Source: the human T2T-CHM13v2.0 reference genome, Homo sapiens
Strand: one strand, 5' to 3'
Length of the DNA stretch: 64,000 nucleotides
Assembly: GCF_009914755.1 (NCBI RefSeq)
Contig: NC_060932.1
Shown here one piece after another: positions 28,440 to 44,090 of this stretch; the first letter of the stretch is position 1; each line of letters opens with the position of its first letter. Position numbers and translations under genes: made by a program. The notes under the pieces were generated by a model. That model saw only the letters and a program-made list of their open reading frames with translations, was not told the DNA's origin and searched no databases.

Positions 28440-28945
28440 CAGCCCTTCAGCATAGCATGGAGTCAGTGGCATCAGAATCACTTGCAGGGCTGTGGGGGGG
28501 TTTTGTGTGTTTTTTGTTTCTGACAGGGTCTTGCTCTGTTGCCCAGCCTCCAGTACAATAGCGTAGTTATACCTCAATGCAGCTTCTACCTCCCAGGCTA
28601 AGCAATCCCCTCCACCTCAGCCTCCCTAGTAGCTGGGACTACAGGCACCCACCATCACACTCAGCTAATTTTAAAATATTTTTTGTAGAGATGGAGTCTT
28701 GCTCTGTTGCCCAGGCTGGTCTTGAACCCCTGGGGTCAAGTGATCCTCCTGTCTTATCCTCCCAAAGTGCTGGGATTACACAGGTATGATCCACCCCACC
28801 TGGCTGCAGGGCTTTCAAACTGGGCTCCAACTCCATAGTTTCTGCCACAGTGCATCTGGGGAGAGCAAGAATTGTACTTCCCACAGGGTTGCAAGTGATG
28901 TGGACGCTGCTGGCCTGGGAACCCCACTTTGAGAACCACTGCAGT
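28440..28945. mobile_element. MER5A split by antisense AluJ (~28500-28805)
   Basis: GCATCAGAATCACTTG...CACTTTGAGAACCACTG; TSD TGCAGGGCT around the Alu. Confidence 0.75.
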
Positions 28946-29116
28946 GGAGGTCCCCCACAGGGATGTACCCTCAAGCACCTTTGCAATTCCATTCCTTAGG
29001 GGTGTGTATCAGAACCCCCTACTCCACGGGTGAGATTTTGAGACACTTCTGTGCCTGTCTGCTGTTGTGCCCAGGCAGTCATTTCTTCTTCTCTTTGGTT
29101 TTGCTTTACTTTGTTC

Positions 29117-29260
29117 CTTTTTTTTTTTTCTTGAGACAGGGTCTCACTCTCTTGCCCATGCCAGAGTGCAGCAGTGTAATTATAGCTCACTGCAGTCTCA
29201 ACCTCCCAGGCCCAAATGATCCTCTCACCTCAGCCTCCCGAGAAGCCACTGAGCCCAGCC
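29117..29260 (-). mobile_element. Alu/FLAM fragment
   Basis: GAGACAGGGTCTCACTCT...CCTCAGCCTCCCGAG. Confidence 0.85.
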
Positions 29261-30546
29261 TGCTTTGTTCTTAATGCTTCAAAAATAGTTTTGGTGCCCA
29301 CCCTGGTTGAAACAACGACTATGTTTCCTTTCCTGCCCACAGCGCCCTGACGACTTGGTTGGCTTCCCCAGTTTTTTGTCTTCGTTCCCGGTGTTCTTGA
29401 AGGCAAGACTGCCTCTCCCAGGCTTCCTAAATTCCCACCTCTCAGATTCCTTCGAACCCTCCCCCTGTGTCACCTCTGCCATGTGCTTCTCCCAGCACCC
29501 CCAGTTCATCCCGTCTGTGCTCCTCTGATCCCACAGTCTTCTTCCTGACTCTGTTAGGACTTTCCTTCTGCCTTATTTTATCATTCATTGGACATGTGCC
29601 TTCCCCACTTACACTATAGTCCTGAGGATGGAGTCCTGGCTCCTTTATCCCCCCTCAGTGGGTCACATAGAAGATGTATTCCATCCATATCTGCTGAATT
29701 GCAGTGAGAAGGGCCTGAGAAACAAACCAAAGCAAACCGAGACCTGTTTACATTGGCCCTTGCTGGACACCAGCTCTCGAAACGCACCTACCAAGGCCTG
29801 GGTGATGGGGAGGAGGAGGCGTTTGTGAAGCCACCCCTGAGCTGATGTGGCCGAGTGCCAGGGTCCGATGTGCTCATCAACCTTGAAAATAATTTGATTA
29901 CTGATCTGTATCGCTCAGGGATCTACCACCCCCAGAGCTGTATTAAGAATGTTTTCCTCAGGCAACAAATATGCGGGCTTTGACATCCAAGTCAGCCTCA
30001 GGAATTTCATTTTATGATTGATCCTTCTTTGTTTGTTTGTTGTTTGTTTGTTTATTTTTTGCTCGTTCTTGTACATCTTCCAGATCCACCTTCTTCTTCT
30101 GGATCTCTCAGTTGACATACAGCCAAGCCCTCCCACTGCTCCCTTCCCCTCTCAAATCATTTCCAAACATGGTTCCTCTTCCTCAAGCCTGACTCAAGGT
30201 CTTGCTCTTTTACTTTGTTACGAAAGTCACAAATGACTTTGAAATGAAGCCACTGGTGTTTTCCAGGCAGATGGAGTCCCCTAACCTGGGGACCCCATGT
30301 AGTCCCCAAAGCTCTGGAGTGTTCCAGATAACTGTCTGGGAATGACTGCCCTTTTATGCTTTTTTATACCTGTCTAATGACATATCACCCCGGAGGGGAT
30401 GCCCAGCTCACAGAATGCACCTTCAGCCAGTCTCAGCCCAATGCCACAGAGGTGTGCTTGACAACCCCATTCAACCTTTACCTTATTCATTCACTGTTAC
30501 CATGTCGCCTGCCTTCTGACCTTTCTCCTTTAAAAAAATTTCTTTC

Positions 30547-30953
<407 letters not shown>

Positions 30954-31666
30954 TTAGGGAAATGGCACACCCCTCAGCCCATGTATTTGTGCGCCCTCTC
31001 CCACTTCTCTCTCCCCAAGACCTCCCCTCCCCAGCATGAGGTTGGAACTGATATTATTGCTCTTTTAAATTTGGAGCAATATGTCTCCCCGTGGAGAAGG
31101 ACGAATATCTGGTTTGCACACAATTATTCACACTATATCAGCAAGGCAGGTCCCAAGGGTTAGAAGCGAGGGCTTCTCAAGGTGTGGCCCCTCTACTTCC
31201 CAGCCATGTGACCTCAGCACCTTCTGACCCCTCCCATCCTCAGCTTTCCTGCATGCTGAAGGGTGACAACCCCAGTGTTTTCCTTAAGGGATATTGCAAA
31301 GATTAAAAGGAGATCATACACATACGTATATAAAGCACTTAGCATTCATTGGTGTGCTGCATGTAATAAGTATTCAATCCATGTAGCTGTTACTTGTATT
31401 GATGGCATATATTACTAGAAGACAGAAATATAGATAACTAAGGTCACCCAGGATCCCACCCCTCGTCCGCTTGATGGCACTTGGCAGGAACTTCAGCCCC
31501 TCAGCCTGGGGCTATCTTGGTCTGTCTACACCAGGTGTAAACTCACTTCCTTGTGCTTCTGCCACCTCTGTACTGTTGCGTCTTGTTTGGCCACTTTACT
31601 CCAGGACACACAACTCAGCCCCTTCACCAATGATGCCAAGAAGTCTCAGACCATACAGAACACTTA

Positions 31667-31994
<328 letters not shown>

Positions 31995-33085
31995 GGGTTA
32001 GGGAGAGGGTCAGATCATGGGGGCATTCCCATTCCACTACTTCTTTGGCTTCCTCCTTGCTTTTATTTCTCCCTCTTTTCCCAGAGCAATGAACAAATTA
32101 TACCACCCCAGCTTCCTCGGGCCTCATCTTCTAACTGCAATGATTTAGTGAGCACATGTTTCTAAATAGTTTTCTTCTTAGGAGGACTTCTGTTACCATC
32201 TCCTCTTCATCTTTTATACATTTAAACACATGCCACATCCTTGGGGCAGAGCTGCCCATGTTGACATCTGGGCCACAGCGAGGACCTGCCTATCCCTGGG
32301 GAATGGTGGGGCTGCTCTGAGTGAGGGGCTTAGCAGCCTGGAGGACAACCTCTCTTGGAGAATCCCCCTGATTCCCCTGTAAAGGCAAGCTGAGCCAGGA
32401 GTGGGGTGTGGATGATTCTGTTTGTGAATCCTGGGAAGTACTTGCCTTCCCCAGCCTGCAGATATGACATTTGGATGATGGGACCCAGTAACCTATTTGT
32501 GCAGACTTCTATGCTGACTTTCTGATCAAAGGAGGAGATGAGAGGTAGGCAGCTTCTATGACACATGGGTGATTCCAGGCATGGAAAACATACGAAACCT
32601 ATAACATTAATGGGAAGGCGAGTCAGGTGAAAATGTGTATATGTGCCCCAGATCCAGTAGCTGCCATGGAGGAAACCAGGACCTCATGATCCTGGAGGCC
32701 ACAGTGAGGGGTTGGGGCCATGGTGAGGAACTTAGAGGAGCAGGAGATGCTCACACCACTGGCTACAAAGTGACTGAGCCTGTCTGAGACACCAGACCAA
32801 AGGTGTCCAAACTCCTTGCTCCCCAAAAAAAGATTCATGTCTCACCCCTCTGCCAGAAGAGCTGTTTCTCCTACTCAGATGTTCCTCATTCCCTCTTGCA
32901 ATTTTGAAGTTAAGGAGAAGCTGATTCAGCTACAAGTCTGGTTGCTCAGGACTATGGCATATGTTACAGGTAGTTTGCCCTCTTTGAGCTACAGTTTTCC
33001 ATTTGCAGACAGGGAAGAGCTCATAAAAGAGGTTATGTGGATTCATGTTTTCACTCTGTTTTCTTAAAAGTACTTGCTTTCTTTG

Positions 33086-33390
33086 CGGGGTGCTGTGGCT
33101 CATGCCTGTAATCCTAGCACTTGGGAGGCTGAGGTAGGCAGATCGTTTGAACCAGGAGTTCAAGACTAGCCTGGGCAACATGACGAGACCCTGCCTCCAC
33201 ACAAAAAAAATACAAAATACGAAAATTAGCCTGGTGTGGGGGCACACGCCTGTAGTCCCAGCTACTCAGGGGGCTGAAGTGGGAGAATTTCTTGAGCCCT
33301 GGAGGTTGAGGCTACAGTGAGCCGTGATTGTGCAGCTGCACTCCAGCCTGGGCAACAGAGCCAGACACTGTCTTGAAAGAGAAATAAAAG
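33086..33390 (+). mobile_element. AluJ
   Basis: Dimeric Alu; TSD-like AAAAGT..TTGCTTTCT. Confidence 0.9.
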
Positions 33391-33889
33391 TTGCTTTCTG
33401 CTCTTCATGCTGCTGTGAGTGATGGAGGAAGTGACGAGCAGTCTCCTTTCATCACAGAAAAATGGAACATCACAAAGGACCAGAAATATCCCCATTGAAC
33501 AACAAATTATTTGAGGGAAAAGTGGGGCAGACCACTAAAAGTCATCCAGCCCAAACTCCTCCTCATGGAGAAAGGTATCTTTTCCTTGAGCACCTGTTGG
33601 GAATGTTTCGTCCCAACACCTCATTCCAATTGTTGGATAACTCATGGCTGGAAAGTTCTTTCTTTCACTGAGCCAAACTGTCTGAAGCTCACGCTCCTTT
33701 GGTGCTGAACTGCACTTGGCAATAGCCCAGAATGATGACTGTTTTGCAGTTTGACAGCCCTCAGTGATAGGGAGCTACCCACCGCATTATCCCCTGATCT
33801 AGGCTTAACATCAAGAGTTACTTCTCCTCTTCTTTGCATGAGGTGGGTTTTCAGATGTCGTGCCTTTCTGGCTCTCCACTTCTGGATCA

Positions 33890-34227
<338 letters not shown>

Positions 34228-34230
34228 TTA

Positions 34231-34609
34231 TGTTAGTTTGCTCAACTGTCATCAGAAAGTACCACAGACTGGGCAGCTTCAACAACGGAGATTTATTTTC
34301 TCCCGGTACTGGAGGCTGGAAGTCCAACATCAAGGTGTCAGCAGGGCTGGTTTCTTCTGAGGCCTCTCTATTTGGCTTGCAAATGCCATCTGTTGCCTGT
34401 GTCCTCACATGGTCATCCCTCTGTGTGTGTCTGTGTCTTAATCTCCTCCTCTTATAAAGGCACCAGCCATACTGGATTAGGGCCCACCCTAATGGTCCCA
34501 TTATAATCACCACTTTAAAGACCCCATCTCTAAATACAGTCCCATTGTGAAGTACTGGGGGTTAGGACCTCAACATAGGAATTTTGGGGGACACAATTCA
34601 GCCAGAACA
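34231..34609 (-). mobile_element. MLT1A/B LTR
   Basis: TACCACAGACTGGG...CTGGAGGCTGGAAGTCCAACATCAAGGTGTC...GGGGACACAATTCAGCC. Confidence 0.85.
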
Positions 34610-37528
34610 TTCTATCTTAGCATCATCTAGCCAAGCTGACTTTACCTAGTCTCTGCAATCACTATATTTCTACCTCTCATGCATTTGACCCCACTACCTC
34701 TTGCCTTCCTCCCCTGCTTCTCTTTCAAAGCTGCTCTTCCAAGAAGCTCTCATGCCAAGCAGGTGTCCAGTCTGTTTAAACACCCACAGAGATGGGGAGC
34801 TCCTTCTCTCTGAAGCAGCCCATTCTTCTGGCTTCAACAGCATCATACCCTAGCAATGTGGACCTGGAGAGGCCTCACGTTTCACAAACCCAAGGTGCTT
34901 TTCAATTCAGATAAAACAATCTCCAGATAAGTAAAACGACCTCCAGATAAAATGAGAACTGAGTAACATATGGGAAAAAAACAGAAATATCCCCAAAGTT
35001 GAAAACCAGTGAAACTGGATGCCTGAAGTCTGTCCACTCTGAGATACTCTTCTTGGGGAGCAGCTTTAAGCCAAATCTGGCCCTTTTCCTATGTTACGAA
35101 TACTCAAATGTTTCTTTGCTTGTTTCCAGCCGTGCGGGAGTACCGTGGTCTCTGCCCTGTTTCCTCTGCATGACAGGACTCTCCTAAATTTCACTTGCCA
35201 AGACCCCTCGGTCAAAGTAAAATTAACAGAACCCCCTGTTCTTCCCACTCTGCTTTCCAGCTCTTCCCGGCGTGCACACACACCTCCTGGAACTCCAGCC
35301 TTGTGCATCATCTTGATGCCGTCGCCTAGTAACGATATGCTTAGCAACCGGTAAGGGAAGTGCGATCGCACCTCCCAGCACTGTATGTGAAGCACTGCAG
35401 ACAATACAAACAGTTCCCTGGTTCTCTTTGCAGCTAGAGGAAGGTAATTGTCAGAGGTGGCCAGCATTATGCTCCAGAGATAGTGGCTCATCATCCGGGG
35501 GCCCAAATTGGTTGTTGCTTGGCTTCTACTTGGCATTGGGCAATATCTTTGTGGGGGCGGCTGGGTAGGTGGTTCTTGAAGGGCCGGATCTCTCTGCTTG
35601 CACTTGTTGTCAGGATGCCAGTGATGCAGGCTGGGCAGCTTGCAGAATCCTCTCTACTCCCACGCAGCCCTGCCCTGTACCAAGCCACATCCCCCTGCAT
35701 CCCAAGCCATTCCCCGCTGCCTCTTCCATTTGGAGGCTGTTCTTCTATGCCCTGGCACTGCACAGGCCTCCACCTTGCAGCTGACCTGTCCTCCCAGTAC
35801 CCATGCCTCTGTCTTTCCAACACCCCATCAGGCATGTTTCTCCCTCATCACTATCTCTCACGTTCCTATGCATCCCAGCCTCAGACCACTGGGTCTGATG
35901 CCAAACAGAGGGGACTGAGGCCCACCTCCTGTTCTCTTCTGGTGTCCTTATTAGAAATTGGATCATTGTGACTTAACTAAAGTTTCCAAGGTGTCATGTT
36001 GCACTGAGAAAACAACAGAGAAGGCCAGAGAGTCTAGAGTCTAAAAGTGTATTTCCAATCCCAGATCCCTTTTTCTGTTTGTTTTTTGGTCTTAACTGTA
36101 TGACTTAGGTCAAGTTTCTTTAACCTCTTTAAGTCTTAATTTTCTAGAGGGGTTGGAATATTTGCCTCACATGGCTAGGATGACAATTACATAAGGTACA
36201 AATAGAACCCCGTAATAAACCACATGGCATACAGTCAGAGAACCCGTTAAATATCCTCTTCCTGTCCTTCCATCTCTGCCTCTTTGTTCTTCCTTTCAAA
36301 CTTCAAGCTAAAGCCAGTTTTGGAGTTGGATTCTCAGAAGGCAGCACAGTGCATTGGCAGGAATGCGGGGCAGGGGGTGAAGACCTCAGCTCTGATCCTG
36401 GGCCCCACCCCCAACAGCCCCGAGATTCCTTTCATTCCCCTGTAAAATGGAGCGAAGAGCACCTGGCATGTCTCATGCAAAGAGCTGCTATAAAACTCAA
36501 AGGAAATAATATTCATCAATATCCTGTACACATTTTGAGATGTTTTACAAATTTTAGAATAATTTTCTCGGACAAACCTGGTCTCATTTTTGCACCTGTA
36601 AAATGAAATGAGATTCCAACATGCCTAAAACCCCCTTAAATCCTAATATTGTGACAAACTGAGAGGTGATGGTTGCTTGCCCTTCAAGGGCCACCCTAGA
36701 CAGGACAGACTCCTTCATCACAGGCAGTCTTTGTCCTAAAGTTGTCAGGATAGATTGCAGCAATACTTCCACTCTCTGTTCACAGGGTCCCCTTGACCAA
36801 GGTGGCTGGTTATCACCCGGTCAAGACTTCAGCCCAGTAACATTCTGCAGGCTTCTCATCCTAGCATGGAAATGTATATAACTCTGTTCTTTCAGTAAGC
36901 AAAACAAATGAGTCAGAGCATACTCAAAGCATGATAAAGGTACGGGGAAGCAATCGCTAGTGTAGGTGTTTGAAGTTTATGTCATGGATACTTCCATGGT
37001 GGCTGTGTATTTAGTAGCAGCCTAAAAGACAGTGGAATTTGCAAATGGAGGATACATTAAGCAAGAAATTTAAAAAGGCGTAACGTAAGTCACAGTAAGT
37101 CAAACAGCAGAGGGACAAACAAATAGAATTTGGATGTTATTGAAACCTTGAAGGTTGGGAGTCTGGCCATGAGCCAGAGACATTTGCATTCTCTTCTGAG
37201 AGACTTCCCCCAGGCAATTATAGGGTCTCCAAATAACAGAGCATCTCAGCAGATAAGATAGGAGATTCAGAGCTCTCAAAGCTCTGGATTTGTCTGGAAT
37301 ATCTATTTCAATAACCTTTGGGGAGAGGGGTGCAACCCCACTCAGGGACCTTGCTGTTATACATTCTCCAGTCCCGTGACTTCAGGGCAAAGATCAGTAG
37401 AGCCTCCCCTCCTGTTAATAAGTGGGGGAACTCCTGCTTCGTAATAAAGTTGCAAGAGGTCGGACATAACACAAGTGCGAACTGTTAACCCCAGTTGTAA
37501 CTAACTTTTTAAAAGTATAGGTATTTGG

Positions 37529-38025
<497 letters not shown>

Positions 38026-39385
38026 GAAATATATATATATTTCACAAGGAGCAGTGGGATTTAATCTATGTTCTTCCTGGACCCATAGAATAGAAAGTCA
38101 TGGAATCAAAGAATATTAAGCCGATAGGAACTGTAATAATCACCTGGTCCAATCCCTTTAATCACGGGTGAGAAAATGGTCTCCAAGATGTTAGAAGTGA
38201 TTAATCTGGGATTGTAGAAATGTTCCATTTGCCTTTAAAATAAAAATACAAAAATAAGAAAGCATAAAAGTGACTTACCTAAGGTTCCACAGCCACACAG
38301 ACAAAGAATTTGTCTAGACCCTGAATCTGTTGACTTCCATCCCTCTACTGGTCCTAATGGATTCCATCTGAGGCTAGAACTGAGTTTCCAAAAATATCCT
38401 TTACCAAAAAAAATAAATTAATTAATAAATAAATAAAAGTGTACTAATGCCTCCAACTAGTCTTTGCAATGTAAAACTTTCCATTTTCAACATTTCACAA
38501 TCTCCAGGATAATTTCATCAACATTATCTTTTGAATAAAACATAGACTTATCTATGGGGAAACATTACACCTAAAATGTCAGCAGTCAGCAAATCTCTCA
38601 AAAGACACCTGGTTATGTAGGATTAAAACCACCCGTTGAAGGGCAATGTGAAAATGGAACCTCTGTTTGACTTTCGTAACCCACTTCCCACGTAGCCCAT
38701 CCACTGGAGGGAAAGAGAAACTGCTAATGGGATGGTAAAAGCAGTTTGAATGCCATCCCCCGCAGAAGCTCCTGTCTACAGCTTTTGTTCCCATGGTCTC
38801 TTCAATAAATATGACTCAGGCTGCTGTTTGGGCTTCACTTCCTCTGGGCAGGGAGCTGACAGCAGCGGCTCTGCTGTGCCCATCATGGTTGACTCAGGGG
38901 ACCCACGGCGGGGGGGCTGCCTGTCCTCTCCCCAGCTGACCAAACACCCTTCTGCTCTTCCAAGCGCTGCTGTCCCTGACTCTTCTAGCTTTCAAAGTTC
39001 TCACCAATTCATAAGGCTGGTGGCTCCCCATCACCCCATTACTTTTTCTAAAGCAGTGCTGTGCACGTATCTTGATAAGCTGCCAAAGTGCTTTTTTCAC
39101 CCACCTACTCACCTATAGAATTCATAGTCTCCAGTGTAGGCATGACGCATGGAAGGCCAAGGAAAGGCCAACATGTGTTCCTGCAAAAAACAAAAGCAAA
39201 AGACAGGAAAAGCCTCCCAACCATCTCACCTCTTCTAAATGCTTGTTGGAGCAAGACCACAATCTACTTAACGTCTTCAGGGGTGGAGGGGGGGCGGTCA
39301 TCTGGGCCAGCCTACACTTGTAAACTTCTTTTTGCTATAGAATCAGCTATGAAAGGAGCTTTCACTTATTTGGATACACATTATT

Positions 39386-39739
39386 TGATATGGTTTGGCT
39401 GTGTCCCCACCCAAATCTCATCTTGAATTCTCATGTGTTGTGGGAGGGACCCGGTGGGAGGTAATTGAATCATGTGGGTAGGTCTTTCCAACACTGTTCT
39501 CATGATGGTGAATATGTCTTGTGAGATCTGATGGTTTTGAAAAACGGAAGTCTCCCTGCACAAGCTCTTTTTGCCTGTTGCCATCCATGTAAGACGTGAC
39601 TTGCTCCTCCTTGCCTTCTGCCATAATTGTGAGGCTTCCCTAGCCATGTGGAACTGTAAGTTCAATTAAACCCCTTTCTTTTGTAAATTGCCCAGTCTCA
39701 GTTATGTCTTTATCAGCAGTGTGAAAATGGACTAATACA
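39386..39739 (+). mobile_element. THE1A-like solo LTR
   Basis: TGATATGGTTTGGCTGTGTCCCCACCCAAATCTC...GGACTAATACA; perfect 5-bp TSD TTATT. Confidence 0.95.
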
Positions 39740-40699
39740 TTATTATTCTAAACTCAAGGGGATGGATTCTAGAACAAGAACTGTAGCATTTTACATAACA
39801 AGAACAGTTACAAAGTATTGAATAAAGAGTATGGGGGTCTCCTTCACCTAAGCCAGCCCAGGCTACAGTCACCTAAAGGATACAGAGAAGTGGAGAACCA
39901 CATTTTCACGGGACTGCTCATCTAGTCTTGGGATTAAAGGGGATTAATTGCAAAAATATTTAGTTAGCAATCCAAAAATATTTAGCGTCCACTACAGAAG
40001 AGACCCAGAAGATTTACGGTATAAGTTTGCCATAAGCTACATACCAGTTGGGCTGTTAATGTTGGGGGCTGTGTTTTTCTCCAATACTCAAGGGCAGTAG
40101 GGAGTGGATGGGGAGATACCACATCAGGCTAGTCAGTCACCCTTGGCTTTGGGATGGCACTCCTTGTCCAAGAAAGTGCTGTTTTTTGCTAGGACATCTC
40201 AGATGCAGGGTGCATTGCTTACCAATCTGCTGTGAAATTTTCTCCTCCTTGTCCTTTCTTCATATGGGATAGGAAAGGCCCAGCTTGGCCTAACTATGCC
40301 CTCACACGCTGATCTGTGAGTGTGAGTAAACACAGCTCCTAACTCATTCACTCATGCATGCTCGCTCTCTCTCTAACACACACACACACATTGATCCTGT
40401 GGTCACCATAGCACAGCCCTGTATCTACCTAGTAATGGCAGACCAAGACAGCACTTGAACAGATGAGGCAACTAGGGTAGGGCTGTTCCCAGGGGAGGCT
40501 GTTCAGGAGGCACGATTTCTACTGCTCAGCTGCATGAAGGTTAATAGCCTGGAGTGCCAACTCCGTAAACCTTATCAGTCACTTAGACCTGACTATGGGT
40601 GGCTCTGTAAGATATTTCCCAAGAGCAGGGGAAAAAGAGCCTCAGCAGAAATGGGCCTGCTATTGAAGATGAAGCAGGGAAAGGCAGGTGTCACACCCC

Positions 40700-41310
40700 T
40701 GTTTATTGTCCCAGCACTCTTTTAGTTGCAGATGACAGAAACCCAAAAGAGAGGATTCACCTTGGCTCACATACCCAAATTAAGGGAAGATTCAGGAAGC
40801 AGCTGAACTCAGGTGTGGTGGGAATCAGGACCTCATCCCAGAACCTCAGACATCTCTGTGTCTGCCCCTCTGCCTCTGCTTCTGTCTCTCACATCTCTGG
40901 CTGTCATTACATGTTGGCTTAATTCTTTCAGAACAACTTGTGCCAAAAGAAAGGAACTTGGTGGCTAATGGTGTCTGAGCTCCCAGCCATAGCCCTATCA
41001 CCCAGAGAAAAGCCCTTTTCCCCAAGCTAAAGTAAAAATGCCAAAGAATAACTCTGATTAGTTTGGCTAAGATCGTGTGTCCATTTCTGGACTAACCCCC
41101 ACAGCCAAAAGGGTGGGGTACTGTGTTTGCTTCCTCTTGATTAATGTGCCCCATCCTGTGGTCCAGGCCAGGACGGGGAGGAAGAGGAGATGGTGTTCTG
41201 TGATGAGCCGTCTCCACTAGCACACAAGGCTGGCCTGGGAGGAGGAACAGTCTCACAAAGAAAGCCAGTGAAATTCTCCCAAGCAGGGAAAGGAGACGTT
41301 GCAGACAGAT
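40700..41310. mobile_element. Old MLT1 (J/K-like) LTR
   Basis: TTTAGTTGCAGATGACAGAAACCCA...ACTCTGATTAG...GGGTGGGGTACT. Confidence 0.55.
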
Positions 41311-41889
41311 GAAACAATTGAGGTCACCTGCAATCTATGTGCAAGCAGTTTTTGATTTGCGGCCGGCAGGTATGTTGACTGTTGGGAGGACTGTTAAACT
41401 TGGAAAACAGGAAAATAGTGACATCCGAAGTGCTTGAAAAATGGCAGCGTGTAATTATAGCTGGGAACAAAATAAAACTTTGCAGAAAGAACAGGTAGTG
41501 AGGGTGTGAAGTATATGTCAATAAATCATTTACATACCGCTGGGCTGTTTGATGATTGTTATTCTATGAAGGTAACTGAGCTTGCCTTCCTTGTCTCATT
41601 GGCCTGCTTGTAGGATCTCACCAACCAATTTGTGTGTTTGCTCCTTGTTCTGTCTCTCCTGGGCTGGAACCCAATGTCAATATTAGGGATGGTCTTCCGA
41701 CGGAATCATCCCTGATTTTCAAGGATGATATTTTTATTATACTGCTTATGTCTAGAGCTGAAAAACCACCTTGCTCTTCAGTCTTGAGGGAATGATGTTC
41801 TTACAGTAAACGACTCTTTTTGATTCTGCCTCTTAACTCCCCAGACTATACTTTGTTCTTATTCAAAAGGAGCATTAGCTCTAATACTC

Positions 41890-42415
41890 TGCTACAGGCT
41901 GTCTAATAACAACCTCCCAAAGATGTCCGCATCCTAATCCCAGAACTTGTGCGTGTGCTACCTTACATGCCAAAGAGACTTTGCAGATGCAATTAAGTTA
42001 AGGATAGTGGAATGGGGAGATTATCTTGGATTATCCGGTTGGACCTAATGTTATCACAAGGGTCCTTTTAAGAGAGAGGCAGGAAGGTCAGAGTAAGAGA
42101 AGGCAGTGCAACAACAGAAGCAGAAGTCAGAAAGAGGGAGGGAAGAGAGAGAGAAGAGAGACAAGAGAGAGATTGTAAGGCACTATGCTGCTGGTTTTGA
42201 AGATGGAGGAAGGAACCGCGAGCCAAATAATGTAGCCTCTAGGAGCTGGAAAAGACAAGAAGAAGGATTCTCCCCTAGCACCCCAGAAAGAAGTCAACCC
42301 TGCTGGCACCTTGGTTTTAGGACTTCTGACCACCAGAATGGTAAGATAAATTAGTGTTGTTTTAAGCCACTAAATTGGTGGTAATTTGTTACAGCAATAG
42401 TAGGCAACCAATACA
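41890..42415 (+). mobile_element. MLT1D-like LTR
   Basis: CCCAAAGATGTCCGCATCCTAATCCC...GACTTTGCAGATGCAATTAAGTTAAGGAT...TTTTAAGCCACTAAATT...AATACA. Confidence 0.85.
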
Positions 42416-42558
42416 GCTACCTTTCTGGAGAGCAACTTGGCAGCATGTACTAAGAAATATGAGTGTATTCCTTCTGACTCAGTAATTCTAGCTCTAGGCT
42501 TCTCTCCTAGTGAAATAATCAGATCTGTAGAAATACACTTATATATTTAGAAGTTTGA

Positions 42559-42908
<350 letters not shown>

Positions 42909-43258
42909 CTACTGGTGGCTCTATCTCTATTATAATTATAACACTGTTCAAGTAAGAAAACATGGCCCCCTTAGTGATGACAGTCCCTCTCTATGTGGCT
43001 TCCAGCAATGTGTTATGATCGCAGGTTGGGGTGGCCTGTATTAGGAAAAGACTGTGATGACAGCTTTGCTGTTGATCTATTGATTCAACAAATGCTTACT
43101 GACTGTATTGGGCCCTGGGCCAGAGCTGAGGGCAAAGAGTAAAGGACATCTATGGGATTGTAAGGAAGCTGCAAGAGTCTGGCCAGGGAGATGGTTATCA
43201 ACACAGAGACTTCACAGAATACTTGGTGTTTTACTTAAAACTTGAAGGATTGATAAGA

Positions 43259-43420
43259 ATGAACTGCAGCTGAAAAGCCAATGAATTCATGGAATGCAGT
43301 ATAGATCCTCACTGCTCACGAGGAATTCTGAAGGCTCTGATGAACTGCAGCTGAAAAGCCAGTGAATTCATGGAATGCAGTATAGATCCTCACTGCTCAC
43401 CAGGAATTCTGAAGGCTCTG
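43259..43420. repeat. 81-bp tandem duplication (2 mismatches)
   Basis: Units 43259-43339 and 43340-43420. Confidence 0.95.
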
Positions 43421-43479
43421 CAGCCTGAAGCAGGACTAGCCCTCTTGTCAAAGAGCTGCAGTCAATAGCGGAAAAACGT

Positions 43480-44090
43480 AAACAATGCAAATGTCCTTTA
43501 ATGGGAGACTAGTATATTCACACCATGAAATACTACTCAGCAATGAAAATGAACAAACTATTGACACGGGCAACGACCTGGATGGATCTCAAGGGTATTA
43601 TGCTGAATGAAGAAAATGTTCATCTCAAAAAGTCACATACTGTATGATTCCATTGACATCACATCCTTTAAGAGATGAAACTGTAGAGATGGAGAGCAAA
43701 CTAGGGGTTGTGGAGATGGGTGGTGGCACGAATGTGTCTAAAAGGGGTAACCCAAAGAAGTCTTTTCACGGTGATGAAACAGTTCTGTATCTTGACTGTG
43801 GTGATGGTCTCATGAGTGTGTTCACAGGATGAAATTGCATGGAACTACATACATACCACACACACCCACACATACGAATGAATCCATGTAAAAAAAATAA
43901 TGAAAATGGGATCAGGTCTGTAGTTCAGTCACAGTATTATATGAATGTCAGTTTCCTGGTTTTGATATTATTATTCTACAAGGTGTTCCCATTAGGGGAA
44001 GATGAGTCAAGGGTACTCAGGACTCTATGTGCTATTTGTACAACTTCCTGTGAGTCTATAATTCTTTCAAAATAAAAAGTACAAAAAATA
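43480..44090 (+). mobile_element. L1MC/L1ME 3' end
   Basis: ATACTACTCAGCAATGAAAA...GGATGGATCTCAAGGG...ATACTGTATGATTCCATT...CAAAATAAAAAGT. Confidence 0.8.
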
